A stretch of DNA of 64,000 nucleotides from the human T2T-CHM13v2.0 reference genome, Homo sapiens, in assembly GCF_009914755.1 (NCBI RefSeq), contig NC_060933.1. One strand, given 5' to 3'. The stretch's first letter is position 1. Each line of letters begins with the position of its first letter. Of the stretch, positions 1-13,954 are shown piece by piece. Both the position numbers and the translations under genes were made by a program. A model generated the notes under the pieces. That model was not told where the DNA came from, did not search any database, and worked only from the letters and a program-made list of their open reading frames with translations.

Positions 1-90
1 AGGTGTTACGCAGTCCATCCATCATAACTGTATGAAACACATTTCATATGTAAATAAACGTGGGACATTTGGCCCTTGTGAAAAAAAAAA
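1..90 (+). pseudogene. Probable 3' end of a processed pseudogene/retrocopy (parent gene not identified)
   Basis: Unique sequence with AATAAA at 53-58 and an A10 tract at 81-90, 22 nt downstream. The tract abuts an abrupt internal break of HSMAR2. Confidence 0.55.
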
Positions 91-579
91 TTGTGAACCA
101 GTAGTTATGTTTATGGTGTTGGCTATTGTTTCTGCTGTTAGTCTTTGGTCCTCTTCAATTAGGGCATGAACCGGATACAGTTTTTTTTTTCTTGCAAATT
201 GTTGTGGATGGTCTGCCCTTAAGGGCTTAATCTTCAACATTGTCTCCTCCTTTCTTAAAATGAGTTATCCATTTGGAAATTGCTGATTTCTTTGGGGCAT
301 TGTTCTCATAAATGTTTTGTAAAGAATCAGTGATTTCACCATTCTTCCAACCAAACTTCACCTAAGTTTGGTGTTTGTTCTTGCTTTGATTTTAGCAGAA
401 TTCATGTTGCTCTGATGAGGGCTGTTTTCAAACTTGTGTCTCAGCCTTCTTAGTGCCTCAAAATGGGTCCTGTTTAGACATAACAAGTTATGACAACTTT
501 ATTTTGATCCAAAACATTGAAAACTATGGACACTTTTGTTATAATACACATTTTCCATGAACTTTCTGACAACCTCCCG
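91..579 (-). mobile_element. HSMAR2 mariner DNA transposon, 5' portion (left TIR plus N-terminal transposase pseudo-ORF)
   Basis: The minus strand starts CGGGAGGTTGTCAGAAAGTTCATGGAAAA (TIR-like). ATG at 405 gives MNSAKIKARTN then a frameshift. ORF 22..240 contains VHALIEEDQRLTAETIANT, matching Hsmar2 transposase. Confidence 0.92.
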
Positions 580-606
580 TGTGTGTGTGTGTGTGTGTGT
601 GTGTGT
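579..606. repeat. (GT)14 microsatellite
   Basis: Direct reading. Confidence 0.97.
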
Positions 607-842
607 ACAAAAAACCTTAGTGATCTACAAAAGAACACAAATGAGGTTCGTTTGTGTTTACTGTAATGAATAAAATGTTTACTGTCTTGAGGAGAAAAAA
701 CTGAGAATAAATGTGATTGATGATTATGCCCTTTGTATTTCCACCAGTGTCATAAATTTCAACCCTGGGTAATGGGTTGAATTTCGGATGATTAACAGTC
801 ACTAAGAACAAATCTCTCTAATTCTAAAATTTCATTTTTAGT

Positions 843-888
843 TTGTAGAATAGTGTCTGGCACGTAATAGGTCTCAATAAATGTTTTA
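843..888 (+). mobile_element. L2/MIR 3'-tail fragment
   Basis: AGAATAGTGTCTGGCACGTAATAGGTCTCAATAAATG resembles the shared L2/MIR 3' end. Confidence 0.55.
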
Positions 889-986
889 AATATGTCAATA
901 ATAGAAATTCTAATATGTGCAATAAAATATGCAAAGTTTATGCTTTAAATAAGTTCCTGTTTTTGGCCTCAAATTATATCTACAAA

Positions 987-1339
987 TGTTAAAGAAAAAA
1001 ACAGGCCAGACAATAGTTAAAGCAGTAAAAGCAGATTTTTTTTCAGTACTATTGCAATAAGGGAAAAAAATACCTCAGCATAGAACTGAGCTTGATTTGT
1101 AATAGAACAAAGAAAAGTGGGGATTTAAAGCCCATGAGTAGAATGGGGGTCAGTGGATGAAAAATTATTAAGAGGAAATATCAAGAGTAAGGGGTGATTT
1201 TGACTGCATTTACTTGACAGGATTCTTGCTGAAGTTGGGGATTGCAAAAATGAACACAGAAGCCCAGAGGTCAAGACCTAGTTGGAAGAAGGTTCAAAAG
1301 AGCCTGAATAATGTTTGATCAAGCATGGAGTCTTTGTCA
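987..1339 (-). mobile_element. ERV1 solo LTR, MER31/MER67-like
   Basis: The minus strand reads TGACAAAGACTCCATGCTTGATCAAAC...TTCAGCAAGAATCCTGTCAAG...TTTTTCTTTAACA, with TG...CA termini. Confidence 0.75.
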
Positions 1340-1825
1340 CTAAATAAACCAACATTGGGAACAATGTATTGCTGTAATGATGTATTGACTCTACCTTGGT
1401 TTATACCAACTGTGATGCATTTCATTTGTCCTGGATGGACAGTAACAATTCATTCATGTGTTCAAGGCTTTCATTTCTACCTTCAGCCAGCCATAACATT
1501 TACATGGATTTGGCACAAGCTTGCAATATCTTTCCAATCCCATTACACTGTGGCCTAAATAGATGTCTGTTCACAATTTATTCATCTCATTAATCATACT
1601 TTAAAAGAAAGAGCAAATTCTTTGTGTGATGAATAATCGGAATTGAGCTAGCATTCGTACGATTGGGCTTGTCAAGGGTAGGGGCTATCTATGCACACCT
1701 TTTCTATCTTATTATTCATAACATAATATTTTGCACCCTACCCCTCTAAAAAACACATGCTTATTAATTATTTGTTTATCATTAAGCTCTTTGGAAATTA
1801 CGACAGAGAATTATCTTAACATGAC

Positions 1826-2187
1826 TATCATGAACTACATGTTTGTGCTCCCTCCTTCAAATTCATATGTCAAAGCCCTAATCCCCATTGTGATGGTATT
1901 TGGAGATGGAGCCTTTAGGAAGTAATTAGGTTAGAAGGGTGGAGCCCTTATAATGGGATTCATTACCTTATAACATAAGAACATGTGACATTTTGCTTTT
2001 CCCTCTACTCCCTGTCATCTCTGCAATAAAGAAAATAGCTGTCTGCAAACCATGAAAGGAGCCCTAACCAAGAACAGAATCTGCCCATACTTTAATCTTG
2101 GACTTCCTGGTTCCCAGAACTGTAAGAAATTGTTGATACCATCCAGTCTATGGTAATTTGTTATAACAGCTGGAGCAGATTAAGACA
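1826..2187 (+). mobile_element. MaLR solo LTR, MLT1A-like
   Basis: AAATTCATATGTCAAAGCCCTAATCCCCATTGTGATGGTATTTGGAGATGG ... CCAGTCTATGGTAATTTGTTATAACAGC...TAAGACA. Confidence 0.85.
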
Positions 2188-2963
2188 ATAAGTTACTCAA
2201 CCAGTTGTTTAAGTTGTTCTTTTGAGTTTAATTTTTCTAAAAAAAAAGTTGGTCTTTTTCTTTCTCTTGAATCAAGGCATCTTTTACTCTGCACAGCCCA
2301 GGAATGTATCAAGTGTCTACATCTGACTCCATAAAGCAAGTCTGAAAAGAAACTTGAGGGAAACTTTTAATACTATTTATTTTGTTTTCTTATACTCTTC
2401 TTCAGCCAGACTTCTCTTATTGAAAAGTTATAAAAATTTCACTGATTTCTTTAAATTTTATGGCTGCTTTTAAAATATTATGTAAGAATCATGGTCCTTG
2501 CATTACTGTTCAGGACATTTTTTTAAAAACACACACTTTCTTGCATTGTTATTAAAATACACACACATGCACACACACATTTTAAGCAAGCATGTATTTA
2601 CTTCATAAGACAAGGGTAGTGACTGCTTTTGCTGCTAACTGCCAATTTACTATTTCGTTAAGTACCATCATCTTCTTTACTACCTAGGCAACTGTGAAGA
2701 GGTAAAGAAAAAAAATCCTGCCTACTACAAAACTAGATGATTTTAGTTCATTCTGTGTTTCTTCATTATGTTGTGTGTTTTCAATGGAATAGAAATCTTA
2801 TGCTTCAAAATTTCTTTATATAACTTCTGTTATGGTCTAATTAAATGTAATTTTTAAATTTCTAATGTAAAAAGCATAGATTTTATTTAATATCTCCCCT
2901 CTGAGAGGTTCTCCCTGAGAGAAAAAACATGAATTTGCCAAAGATATTTGATGTATAAAGCTG

Positions 2964-3057
2964 ACCGGGCTGGTTTCAAACTCCTGACCTCAAGCGATTC
3001 TCCCACTACAGCCTCTCCAAGTGTTGGGATTACAGGCATGAGCCACCATGCCTGGCC
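2964..3057 (-). mobile_element. Alu left-arm/FLAM fragment
   Basis: CTCCTGACCTCAAGCGATTCTCC...GGGATTACAGGCATGAGCCACCATGCCTGGCC. Confidence 0.85.
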
Positions 3058-3549
3058 TGATGTATGAAGTTTTAATGACACTTCAAGCACGAAGACCTAG
3101 TGGGGGATATAAAGCTCTGTGCTTCGAGAGAGTGGTTCTCCTCCCTCCAGGAATGGTATGTGGGAAATGATATGTGGAAAGCCTGAAGGTTCCTGAGGAG
3201 TACCAGATCTGCCATAACTACCTACACAAAGAACAACAGTTCTTTCAGTGGATTCCAGGGACTCAAATAGTAGTACATGGCACTGTGCAGTGTGTCTTAA
3301 TTGCATCAAGTTACCTAAGAAAAATGGTCAGGGAGTCCCCTCTTTGATGGCCCTAAAAGAATGATGATATTGGTATGTTAAAGCATGGAAAGGTCTTCAA
3401 CAGCCAGGCTGCAAATCCGTAAGAATTCACCAGTTAATTCACACCATACCACTACAGACCTGTCACAACTTTAAGTCTAACATAGTGTCTGTGCTACATT
3501 CAAATACCACACCGTAACTCTTTGTCTATTGCTGTTACAACACTTCCCA

Positions 3550-4175
3550 TCAATTAGTAATTGCAAACAACTGTTTTATTTGCTCATGATTAGGCACTCT
3601 GGGCTCAGCTGGGTAGTTATGGTGTTCTCGCCATTTGTCATCCTTATAGCTATACTCAGCTATTGCATCAGCTGAGAACTGGTCACAGCCGAGATTTGGG
3701 GGCAGTTGGGCTTTTCTTTCTTTTGGTGTACTCTCTGAGCTTGTCTCACATTAACTGATCTCTCTAGCAATGCAGAAGGACTTTATATTTGGAGGATGCC
3801 GTATATAAATGCCAAGAGTATGAAAGAGGAAACTGCCAGGCATTGTTAAGGTTAGTTCTGGAAATGGTACAACATCACTTCTGTGATATTCCTTTTTTTA
3901 AAAAAATTCAAAACAGGATCTTGCTCTGTTGCCCAGGCTGGAGTGCAGGGGTACAATCATTGCTCACCATATCCTAGAACTCCTAGCCTCAAGCAATCCT
4001 CCTGCCTCAGCCTCCCAAATTGCTGGATTATGGGCATGATCAACTGCACCCAGCCTGTGATATTCTTTAAGTTAAAGCAGATCCTAAGCCCACCTTAATT
4101 CAAGGAGAGTTGATGACTCAAGAGGATGTATGCCAGAAAGTGTCACTTCTTATGGGCCAGTAACAGTCTGTCATA
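3550..4175 (-). mobile_element. Old MaLR LTR (MLT1G/H-like), interrupted by an Alu monomer
   Basis: Motifs TTTATTTGCTCATGAT...GGGCTCAGCTGGG and GGAAACTGCCAGG...CATCACTTCTG; the element resumes after 4055. Confidence 0.55.
3893..4055 (-). mobile_element. Free Alu monomer (FRAM/FAM-like)
   Basis: Single ~160 bp monomer with right-arm features. TSD TGTGATATTC at 3882-3891 and 4056-4065. Confidence 0.85.
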
Positions 4176-5908
4176 GAAACAAAATCCCATCAGGTATCAT
4201 GCAATGGTAAACCTTTATTGGAATATAGTAATAGCTGTCTGCTAAAATAAACATTTTTTTCTAGGGAGACTCCTACCAATGAAAATTTCAGTTGAATATG
4301 TATCTGTAAGAATAAACTTTGAAAATAAAAATAAGAATTGACACTAAAATTATACAAACTTGCCAAAAAATAAGATGTTTTTATTATTAAAAACTCCTGT
4401 GCAGAAAGTGATTGCCTGTTTAACTTTTTTTTTTTTATTTTAAGTAGCTCCAGGAGGTTGGCAAAGAAATTTCTTGAAACCAATTTAATTGTCATGTAAA
4501 TGAAACTGGGAAAAAAAAAAGTTCATAAGTCAACAAATTCATTTTTCTAAAAACAACCATGCTGGCTGCCACCAGGGACTAGGAATTTTAATTGCAAATC
4601 TCTTGCCTTGGCTGACTAGCACTAATGGAGCTAGCTAGTGACATTAATGTGTTCTTACTAAGGTACTATGTTGCATTTACATCAACATAAATGTACCGGT
4701 AATAACATGAGTTATCTGATAATAAAAATGAGTAAATTTTCCAATTACTGCACATGATTTTTTCCTACTTTTGAGGAGTCCACAGTGTTTCCTGAGAGTG
4801 ACCTATATCATTATAATTTCCTTCAAGTTATTAGTTGTTTTTAATTTTTCCAACAGTTTTTAATAAAGTCGACACCCAGGAAATTATAAGTCTATAATTT
4901 TACATGCCCATAGCTCACCAATAAGTAGTGTGGTTGACCTCAGCTTGAAACTTACAGTAGTTCAGAGACTTTCCCTTCCATATCTGGAAGAACAAAGAGG
5001 AAAATTTAATATTTTTAACTAATAAATTGTGTCATTTCTGTTTTAATCTTCCTTTATTCTTCTCTTCCCAGACCTAGTGGTTGTCTATGTTTAGATGGCT
5101 TTTGTAGATTATTTTGGGTAAGTTATGAATTAAGATAATAATTAAAGCTATTTTAAATCCTTAATTCAAAGATAATTATAAAATAGAAATATATCTAAAA
5201 CCTAACTTTTCCTGTTAAAGAGTAGATAAAAAAAACATTCATCTTGTTATAAGGACTATAAGTTTGCAATTTCAGAGCCAGGAAATCTCTTACTTAACTT
5301 TATAAAGTCCTTTAATTTAAGTATGCAATAATTGACCTCTACACAACAATGTGATAGACTATTCAAGACAAAAACAACCAAACGTAACTTCTCTCCTCGT
5401 AAGAGCTACTGGAATGTACTAGTTTAGAAAGTGCTAGAAAAGGCTTTTTTTCCCCAATATGTAATTAATGGATTCAAGTTGCTTTTATATTTTGGGCCAT
5501 ATGTAACATGTATTTCAAAGTAATTAACATTGAGTACATATATGCTCAGATTTATTTTTTATATTTGCATAAATTTATGGAAGACAAGTATAATTTTGTT
5601 ACATGCATAGATTGCATAATGGTGAAGCCAGGGATTTTATGCCATATATCACCTGAATAATGTACACTGTACCCATTAATTTCTCATCCATCCCCCTGTA
5701 ATCCCACCACCATTCCAAGTCTTCATTGACTATGATTCCATAGCCTATGTCCTTGTGTATGTATTATTTAGCTTCCACTTATAAGTAAGAACATATGATA
5801 TTTGTCTTTCTGGGTCTGAGTTGTTTCACTTAAGATAATGGCCTCTGGTTCCATCCATGTTGCTGCAAAAGACATCACTACATTTTCTTAATGGCTGAAG
5901 AGTATTCC

Positions 5909-5911
<3 letters not shown>

Positions 5912-5971
<60 letters not shown>
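5912..5971. repeat. Compound (TG)n(TA)n microsatellite inside the L1
   Basis: Direct reading. Confidence 0.95.
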
Positions 5972-8900
5972 CTCACATTTTCTTTATCTATTCAACTATT
6001 GATGGACTTAGGTTGATTCTATATCTTTGCTATTATGAATAGTGCTGCACTAAACATATGGATTCAGGTGTCTTTTTGATAAGATGATTTCTTTTCCTTT
6101 GGGTAGATACCCATCAGTGGGATTACTGGGTCGAATGGTAGGTCTATTTTTAGTTCTTTGAGAAATTGCCATACAGTTTTCTATAGAGGTTGTACTAATT
6201 TATATTCCCACCGAAAGTGTCTATGAGTTCTCTTTTCTCCACATTCTCACCAACATCAGTTATTTTTTGTCTTTTTAATCACAGCCATTCTGACTGGTGT
6301 AAGAGATCTCATTGTGGTTTTGTATTGTATTTCTCTGATGATTAATGATGAGCCTTTTTTTTATATATATACCTCTTGGCTATTTGTATGTCTTCTTTTG
6401 AAAAATATCTTTTCATTTTCTTTGCCCACTTTTTAAAGTTTTTTGTTGCTATTGTTGAGTTGTTGGAGTTCCTTGTAAATTCTGGATATTCATCCCCTGT
6501 GGATATATAGTTTGTAAATATTTTCTCCCATTTCACAAGTTGGCTTTTCATACTATTGATTATTTATTTTGTTAGGCAAAAGTGTATTAGTTAAGTCCCA
6601 CTTACCAATTATTTGTTGTTGTTGCCTGTGCTTTTGAGGTCCAAGTCATGAATTTTTTGCCTATACCAATGTCCACATAAGTTTTTCCAAGGTCGCGTTC
6701 TAGTGTTTACATTAAAACTATAGCTTCAGTTCTTACATTTAAGTCTTTAATTCATCTTGAGTTGATTTTTGTATATGGTGAGAGATACGGGCCCAGTTTA
6801 ATTCTTATGCATGTGGCAATCCAATTTTCCCTGCACCATGTATTTAAAAGGGTATCATTTCCCCAGTTTATATTCTTGTCAACTTTGTCAAGAATATAAC
6901 TTTGTCAAGTCCTGTAAATATGTGGTATCTCAGTTATCTCTTCTGTTACATTGATTTTTGTGTCTAGTTTTATACCAGTACCATTCTGTTTTGGTTACTA
7001 TAGCCTTGTAGCATAATTTGAAATCAGGTGTGAAGTAACATAATGCCTCCAGCTTTGTTCTTTTTCCTGGAATTGCTTTGGTTATTCAGGCTCTTTTTTG
7101 GTTCCCTATGAATTTTAGGATTGTTTTTTCTAATTCTGTGAAAAATGATGTCTGTATTTTGATAGGGATTGCATTGAATTTTTACATTGCTTTGGGTAGT
7201 AAGGTAATTTTAATGATATTAATTCTTCTAAGTAATGAGCATGGAATGTTTTTCCATATGTTTGTGTCATCTACAATTTCTTTCATCAGTGTTTTGTAAA
7301 GTTTTCATTGTAGATATTTCACTTCATGGGTTAAATATATTTCTAGGTATTTTTTTGTAGCTATTGGAAATGGGATTACCTTCAAGATCTTGTTCTCAGC
7401 TAGGTTGGTATTTAAAAACACTACCGATTTTTGTATGCTAATATTGTATCTTGAAAGTTTACAAATTCATTGCTCAAATCTAAGAGTTTTTTGGTGCAGT
7501 CTTTAGGTTTTGCTAGCTTTAAGATTGGATCATCAATTAACAGAGATAATTTGACTTCCTCTTTTCCAATTTAGATGCACTTTATTTATTTCTCTGGGCC
7601 GACTGATCTAACTAGGATTTTCAGTACTGTGTTAAACATGAGTGGTGAATGTGGGCATCCTTGTCTTGTTCCAGTTCTTAGAGGGAATGATTTCAACTTT
7701 TCTCTATGATTTTGGATACGATTTTCAGGTATGTTTCTTCTATGCCCAGTTAGTTGAGGGTTTCTACCATGAAGGATGCTGAATTTTATTAAATACTTTT
7801 ACTTCATCTATTTAGATGATAATATGGCTTTTATCCTTAATTCTGTTTACATGATCTATCACATTTAGTGACTTGCATGTGTTAAACCATGCTTGCAGAG
7901 ATGGTATAAAACCCATTTGATAATATTATGTTATTATTTTTGATGTGCTGTTGGAATGAGTTTGCTAGTATTTTGTTAAGGATTTTTGCATCTGTGTTCA
8001 TCAGGGACATCAGTCTGTTGTTTTGTTGTTGTTGTTCTGTCCTGTCCTGGATTTGGTATCAGGGTTATACTGGTATTATAGAATGAGTTAGAGAAAATTT
8101 CCTGCTTCTTGATTTTTTAGAAAAGTTTCATGGAATTGTTATTAGTTCTTTTTTGTACCTTTGGTATAAATTCAGCTGTGAATCTACCTGGTCCTGGGTT
8201 ATTTTTTGTAGAAGATTTTTTATTACTGATTCAATCTTACTGTTCAGTATTCAGAATTTGTATGTCTTCCTGGTTCAATCTGAGGAGGTTGTATATTTCT
8301 AAGAATTTATTCATTTTCTTTAGGCTTTCCAGTTTGTGGGTATATAATTTTTCTTACTAGAACCTGATTATTATTTATATTTCTTTAATATCAGTTGTGA
8401 TATCTACTTTTACATTTCTGATTTTGTTTATTTGTATATTCTCTATTATTTTGGTTACTCTAGCTAGCAGTTTATCAATTTTGTTGATCTTTTTGAAGAG
8501 CTAACATTTTGATTCATATATCCTTTGTTTTTTTTGGTCTCTATTTCATTTAATTCTGCACTGATGTTTGGTATTTCTTTTGCTCTGCTAATTTTGATTT
8601 TGGTTTGTTCTTGCTTTTCTAGTTCCTCGATATGAGGTTGTTAATTTATTATCTTTTTAGTTTTTTGCTGTAGTCATTTAACTATAAACTTCCCTCTTAG
8701 CACTGCTTTTGCTGTATCACATAGGTTTTGATATGTTGTGTTTTCATTTTCATTTGTTTCAAACACTTTTAAAGTTTCTGTCTTAATTTCTTTGTTGACC
8801 CAATGATCATTTGGAGGCATGTTGTTTAGTTTCCATACATTTGTATAGTTCGTGAAGTCCCACTTGGTACTAATTCCTAGTTTAGTCTGTAGTCTGAGAA

Positions 8901-10011
8901 GATATTTGATATGTTTTTGATTTTTTAAAATTTATTGAGACTTCTTTTGTGTTCTAACATATGGTCTATCCTGAATAATGTTTAATGTGCTGATAAGAAT
9001 GTATATACTGCAGTTGTTAGGTAGAATGTTCTATAAATGTCTTTTAGGTCAATTTGATATAAAAATCAATTTAATTCCATTGTCACTTTGTTAACATTTT
9101 GTTTCAATATCTGTCTAATGCCATTACTGTCTATTTCTTTTTTTAGGTCTAGTAATATTTGTTTTATGAATCTGGCTGCTCTAATGTTTGGTGCATATAT
9201 ATTTAGAATTGGGATATCCTCTTGTTGAATTAACACCTTTTCTCATTATATAATGACTTTTTTCTCTTTGTTCTATTTTTTATTTAAAGTTTATTTTATC
9301 CAACATAAGTATAGCTACTCCTGTTCACTTTTGGTTTCTGTTCATGTGGAATATCTTTTACCATTTTTATTTTTATTTTCAGTCTATATGTTTCTTTACA
9401 GATAAAGCAACTTTCTTGTAAACAGCATATAATTGGATCATTTTTGTAAATTCATTCCACCAGTATGTACCTTTAAAGTGGAGCATTTAATTCATCTACA
9501 CTCAAGGTTAATATTGAGATGTCAGGTTTTGTTCCTGCCTTATTGTTTATTGTTTATTGTTTTCTAGTAGTTATATACTTCTTTACATTTTTTTCTCTGT
9601 AATTTGATAGAATTCTGTCATTTGCCATTTGATTTTTTTTCTCTTCCTCCTTTGTGTGATTGCTTCATAAGACATGTGTTTTATACTTCTGTATGTTTTT
9701 ACAGTGGTGAATATCAAGCTTTCATTTTTGTGTTTAGGACTCCTTTGAGCATTTTTTGTAGTGCTGGTCTAGTGATGACAAATTCCCTCAGTGCTTGCTT
9801 GCCTGGAAAAGACTTTATTTCTCCTTCATTTATGAAGCTAATTTTTTATTCTTTAGCACTTTGAAAATGTCAATCTGTTCTGTTCTGGCATGTACAGCTT
9901 CTGCTGAGAAGTCTGCTGTTAATCTGATGGGTTTTCCTTTATAAATAACTAGATGCTTTTCCCTTGCTGACTTCATAATTCCTTTCTTCACTTTAACTTC
10001 AGACAGTCTGA

Positions 10012-10345
<334 letters not shown>

Positions 10346-10558
10346 TGAAGTTCTTTTTGCAATGTGTTTTCTGGGATCACTGGGCATCCTGTATCTGGAT
10401 TTCTAAATCTCTTACTAGACTTGGAAAGTTTTCATCAATTATTTCCATAAATAGATTTTCTAAACTTTTTAATTTTTCCCCCTTGGAAATACTGATAATT
10501 CATAAGTTTGGTTGTTTTATGTAGTCCCAAGCATCTTGAAGGCTTTGTTCATTCTTTT

Positions 10559-10928
<370 letters not shown>

Positions 10929-11301
10929 TGAGTTTTTTTTCTGCTACTTGGTTTAGTTAGTGTTGAAGCTTTTGAATGATTTTATAATTCCTTCAATAAA
11001 TTTTTCAGGTCCAGAATTTGTTTAATAACTATCTCCTTCATGAATTTCTTGTTCATATCCTGAATTGATTTTCTGATTTCTTTGTATTGATTGTCACACT
11101 TCTCTCGCACATCATTAAGCATGGTTAAAATAAATATCTTGAATTCTTTATTTGGAATTTGTTTACTCAGATTTTTAAAAGGCTCACTCTTCACTTATTC
11201 AAGTTTTTGCTTAAATAGCACTTTCTTAACCAGAACTTCTCTGATGACAGGTAAGCTTTTCCACACATACATTTTTACCAATTTTGACAATCATTAGTGC
11301 T

Positions 11302-12142
11302 TGCATTAGTTTCCTAGGTCTGTCTTAACCAAGTACTACAAACTTTGTGGCTTACAAAAACAAAATTTATTTTTTCTCACTCCTGGAGGAGTCTTCAGAG
11401 TTGGATCTTTCTAAGGGTTCTCTGGAAAAAATCTCTTTCATACCTTTCTCTTAGCTTCTGGTGACAACTGGCACTCTTTGGCATTCCTTGGATTTTAGAT
11501 GCATCACTCCAACTTCTGCTTGTATTTTCACATGACATTCCCTCTATGCTTCTGTGTCCAAATGCTCCTTTTCTTGTAAGGACAACAGTCATATTAAATT
11601 AAGGCCCATTCTAATGATTTCGTATCAACATTATTATATCTACAAAGATCTTATTTGTCAATATGGTCATATGTATAGGTATCAGGGGTGCTATGGTTTA
11701 GATCTGTGTTTCCACCCAAATTTTATGTCACATTTTAATTCCCAGTGTTGGAGATGGGGTCTTGTTTGAGGTGATTGGACCATGGGGGTCAATTTTTCAT
11801 GAACGATTTAGGAGCAACCACTGGTTCTGTTCTCTTGATAGTGAGTGAGTTCTCATGATGTCTTCTTCTTTAAAAGTGTATAGCATCTCCCCCTTCTCTC
11901 TTGCTCCTACTCTGGCCATATAGCATGTATGTTCCCCATTCACCTTCTGCCATGATTGTAAGTTTCCTGAAGCCTCCCCTGAAGCCAAGCAGATTCCGGC
12001 ATCATGCTTCCTGTACAGCCTGTGGAACCATGAGCCAATTTAACTTCTTTTCTTTATAAATTACCCAGTTTCGGGTATTTCTGTATAGCAGTACAGAAAT
12101 GCAAGGGGTTAAGAGTTTCAGCATTTCATTCAACTTATAATA
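11302..12142 (-). mobile_element. MLT1C-like MaLR LTR split by an MST insertion
   Basis: TGCATTAGTTTCCTAGG...CATTCCTTGG...GATGCATCACTCCAA...AAGGACAACAGTCATATT; continues GGGGTTAAGAGTTTCAGCAT...ATTCAAC after 12103. Confidence 0.8.
11689..12103 (+). mobile_element. MSTA-like MaLR solo LTR
   Basis: TGCTATGGTTTAGATCTGTG...CCATGATTGTAAGTTTCCTGA...ATAAATTACCCAG...CA. Perfect 5-bp TSD AGGGG. Confidence 0.9.
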
Positions 12143-12280
12143 GTACTACTCACCTAAAAGTTTCCAATTCTCCCCATTTCTATCCTTTGGAAGCATTGTA
12201 TGCCTGGCTCTTTATATTGGATTGTGGGTATAAAATTGATATATTTATTTCAAGGGCAGATTATTTAATTGTCTTTTTAA

Positions 12281-13383
12281 AATTTTAATAGACACAAAAT
12301 AATTATACATATTTATTGGGTAATATGTAATATTTTTATATATGTATATACTGTATAATGATTAAATCAGAGTAATTAGCATATCTATCACTTCAAGCAT
12401 GTATCATTTCTTCATGGTGGGAACATTCTAAATCCTCTTTTTTAGCTGTTATGAGCTATCTTATTGTTGACTATGGTTGACTACTGTGTGATAGAATATC
12501 AGAATTTATTTCTCCTTATAAGGGGTAACTTTTTATCCCTTAGCCAACTTTTTCCTATCTTTATTCCACCCTCCCATCCTCAGTCTCTGTTAACCACTGT
12601 TCTAGTTACTACTTCTGTGAGATCAACATTTTAGACTCCACATGAGTGAGATCATGAGGTATTTGTCTTTTGGTGCCTGGTTTATCTCACTTAACATAAT
12701 AAAGAAAAAACCTATACAATGGGAGAAAATATTTGCAAACCATATATCTTACAAAAGGCTAATATCCAGAATGTCTAAGGAACTCAAATAACTCAAGGGC
12801 CAACAAAAATAATCTGATTTAAAAATGGACAAAACACCTTAATACACATTTCTCAAAAGAAGACATATATGACATATACCAACAGATATATGAAAAATAT
12901 GTTCAACATGACTAATCATTAAGGACATTTAAATTAACAACAAAATGAGATATCACCTCACTCCAGTAGTAGTCAAATGTCTTTTGGCTATTACCAAAAA
13001 GACAAAAGATAGTAAGTATTGGTTATTGGTGAGGATGTAGAGAAAAGGGAACCCTTGCACACTGTTGGTCAGAAGGTAAACTAGCACAGCCATTATGGAA
13101 AATATTCCTAAAAAAATCATAGAATTACCATATGATCCAGCAATTCCAATTCTGGGTATATATCCAAAGGAAATTAAATCAGTAAGTTCAAAGAGATATC
13201 TGCATTCCCATGATATTGCAGCACTATTCATATAGCCAAGATAAGAAACAACTTAAGTGTTTAACAATGGGTAAACAGATTAAAAATTCCTATGGTATAT
13301 ATACACAATGGAATGCTATATAGCCATAAAAAAGAACAAAATCTTGTTTGGGAACATCATAGGTGAACCTGTAGGACAAGTGA
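12281..13383 (-). mobile_element. 5'-inverted (twin-primed) L1MA insertion: minus-strand 3'UTR 12281-12700 plus inverted ORF2-end segment 12701-13383
   Basis: Orientation switches at 12700/12701. The two pieces are adjacent in L1 consensus coordinates. TSD AATTGTCTTTTTAA at 12267-12280 and 13384-13397. Confidence 0.88.
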
Positions 13384-13954
13384 AATTGTCTTTTTAATAC
13401 CTTTCTAGAATTTGCTTTTTTTCTTGAACATTGCACACATCAATATTTGAGGTGGTAATTGCTCTCTCAATCTCAGTTCTTGAGTGACTTTTAAAGAGCA
13501 GAGCCCTCCTAGGTACACGAAGGATTTGTAGCATGAGGAAGAAATAGTTCTTCAGATTTTAAGCTTCCATGATTTTAGATTTAGTTTGTTACTGCTGGTT
13601 ATTCTGGCCAACATACTTGCTTTATCTTCTTAGCTCCTGAATAGACATTTACAACATGCACTTCTTTCATTATCTTTCATTACCAGCATCCAATTTCAAT
13701 GTGACAAAAAAATGTATCTGCCTTGTTTCCTATTGTTCCTAGTGCTTAAAAGAAAGGTCACAATAATAGGTAATCAATTAAAATTTGGTGTATGTATTAA
13801 TGTATAGACAAAATAATTAGTAGATATATGGTACTGATTACATTTTTTTATTATATTAAGTATTGTATTCTTTGTGTTTTATTAAGCTTTTAGTTATGTT
13901 TTCAAGGTTAAATTTTGATTTTCTAATAATTACAAACTGGATTTCATTTTGGAT

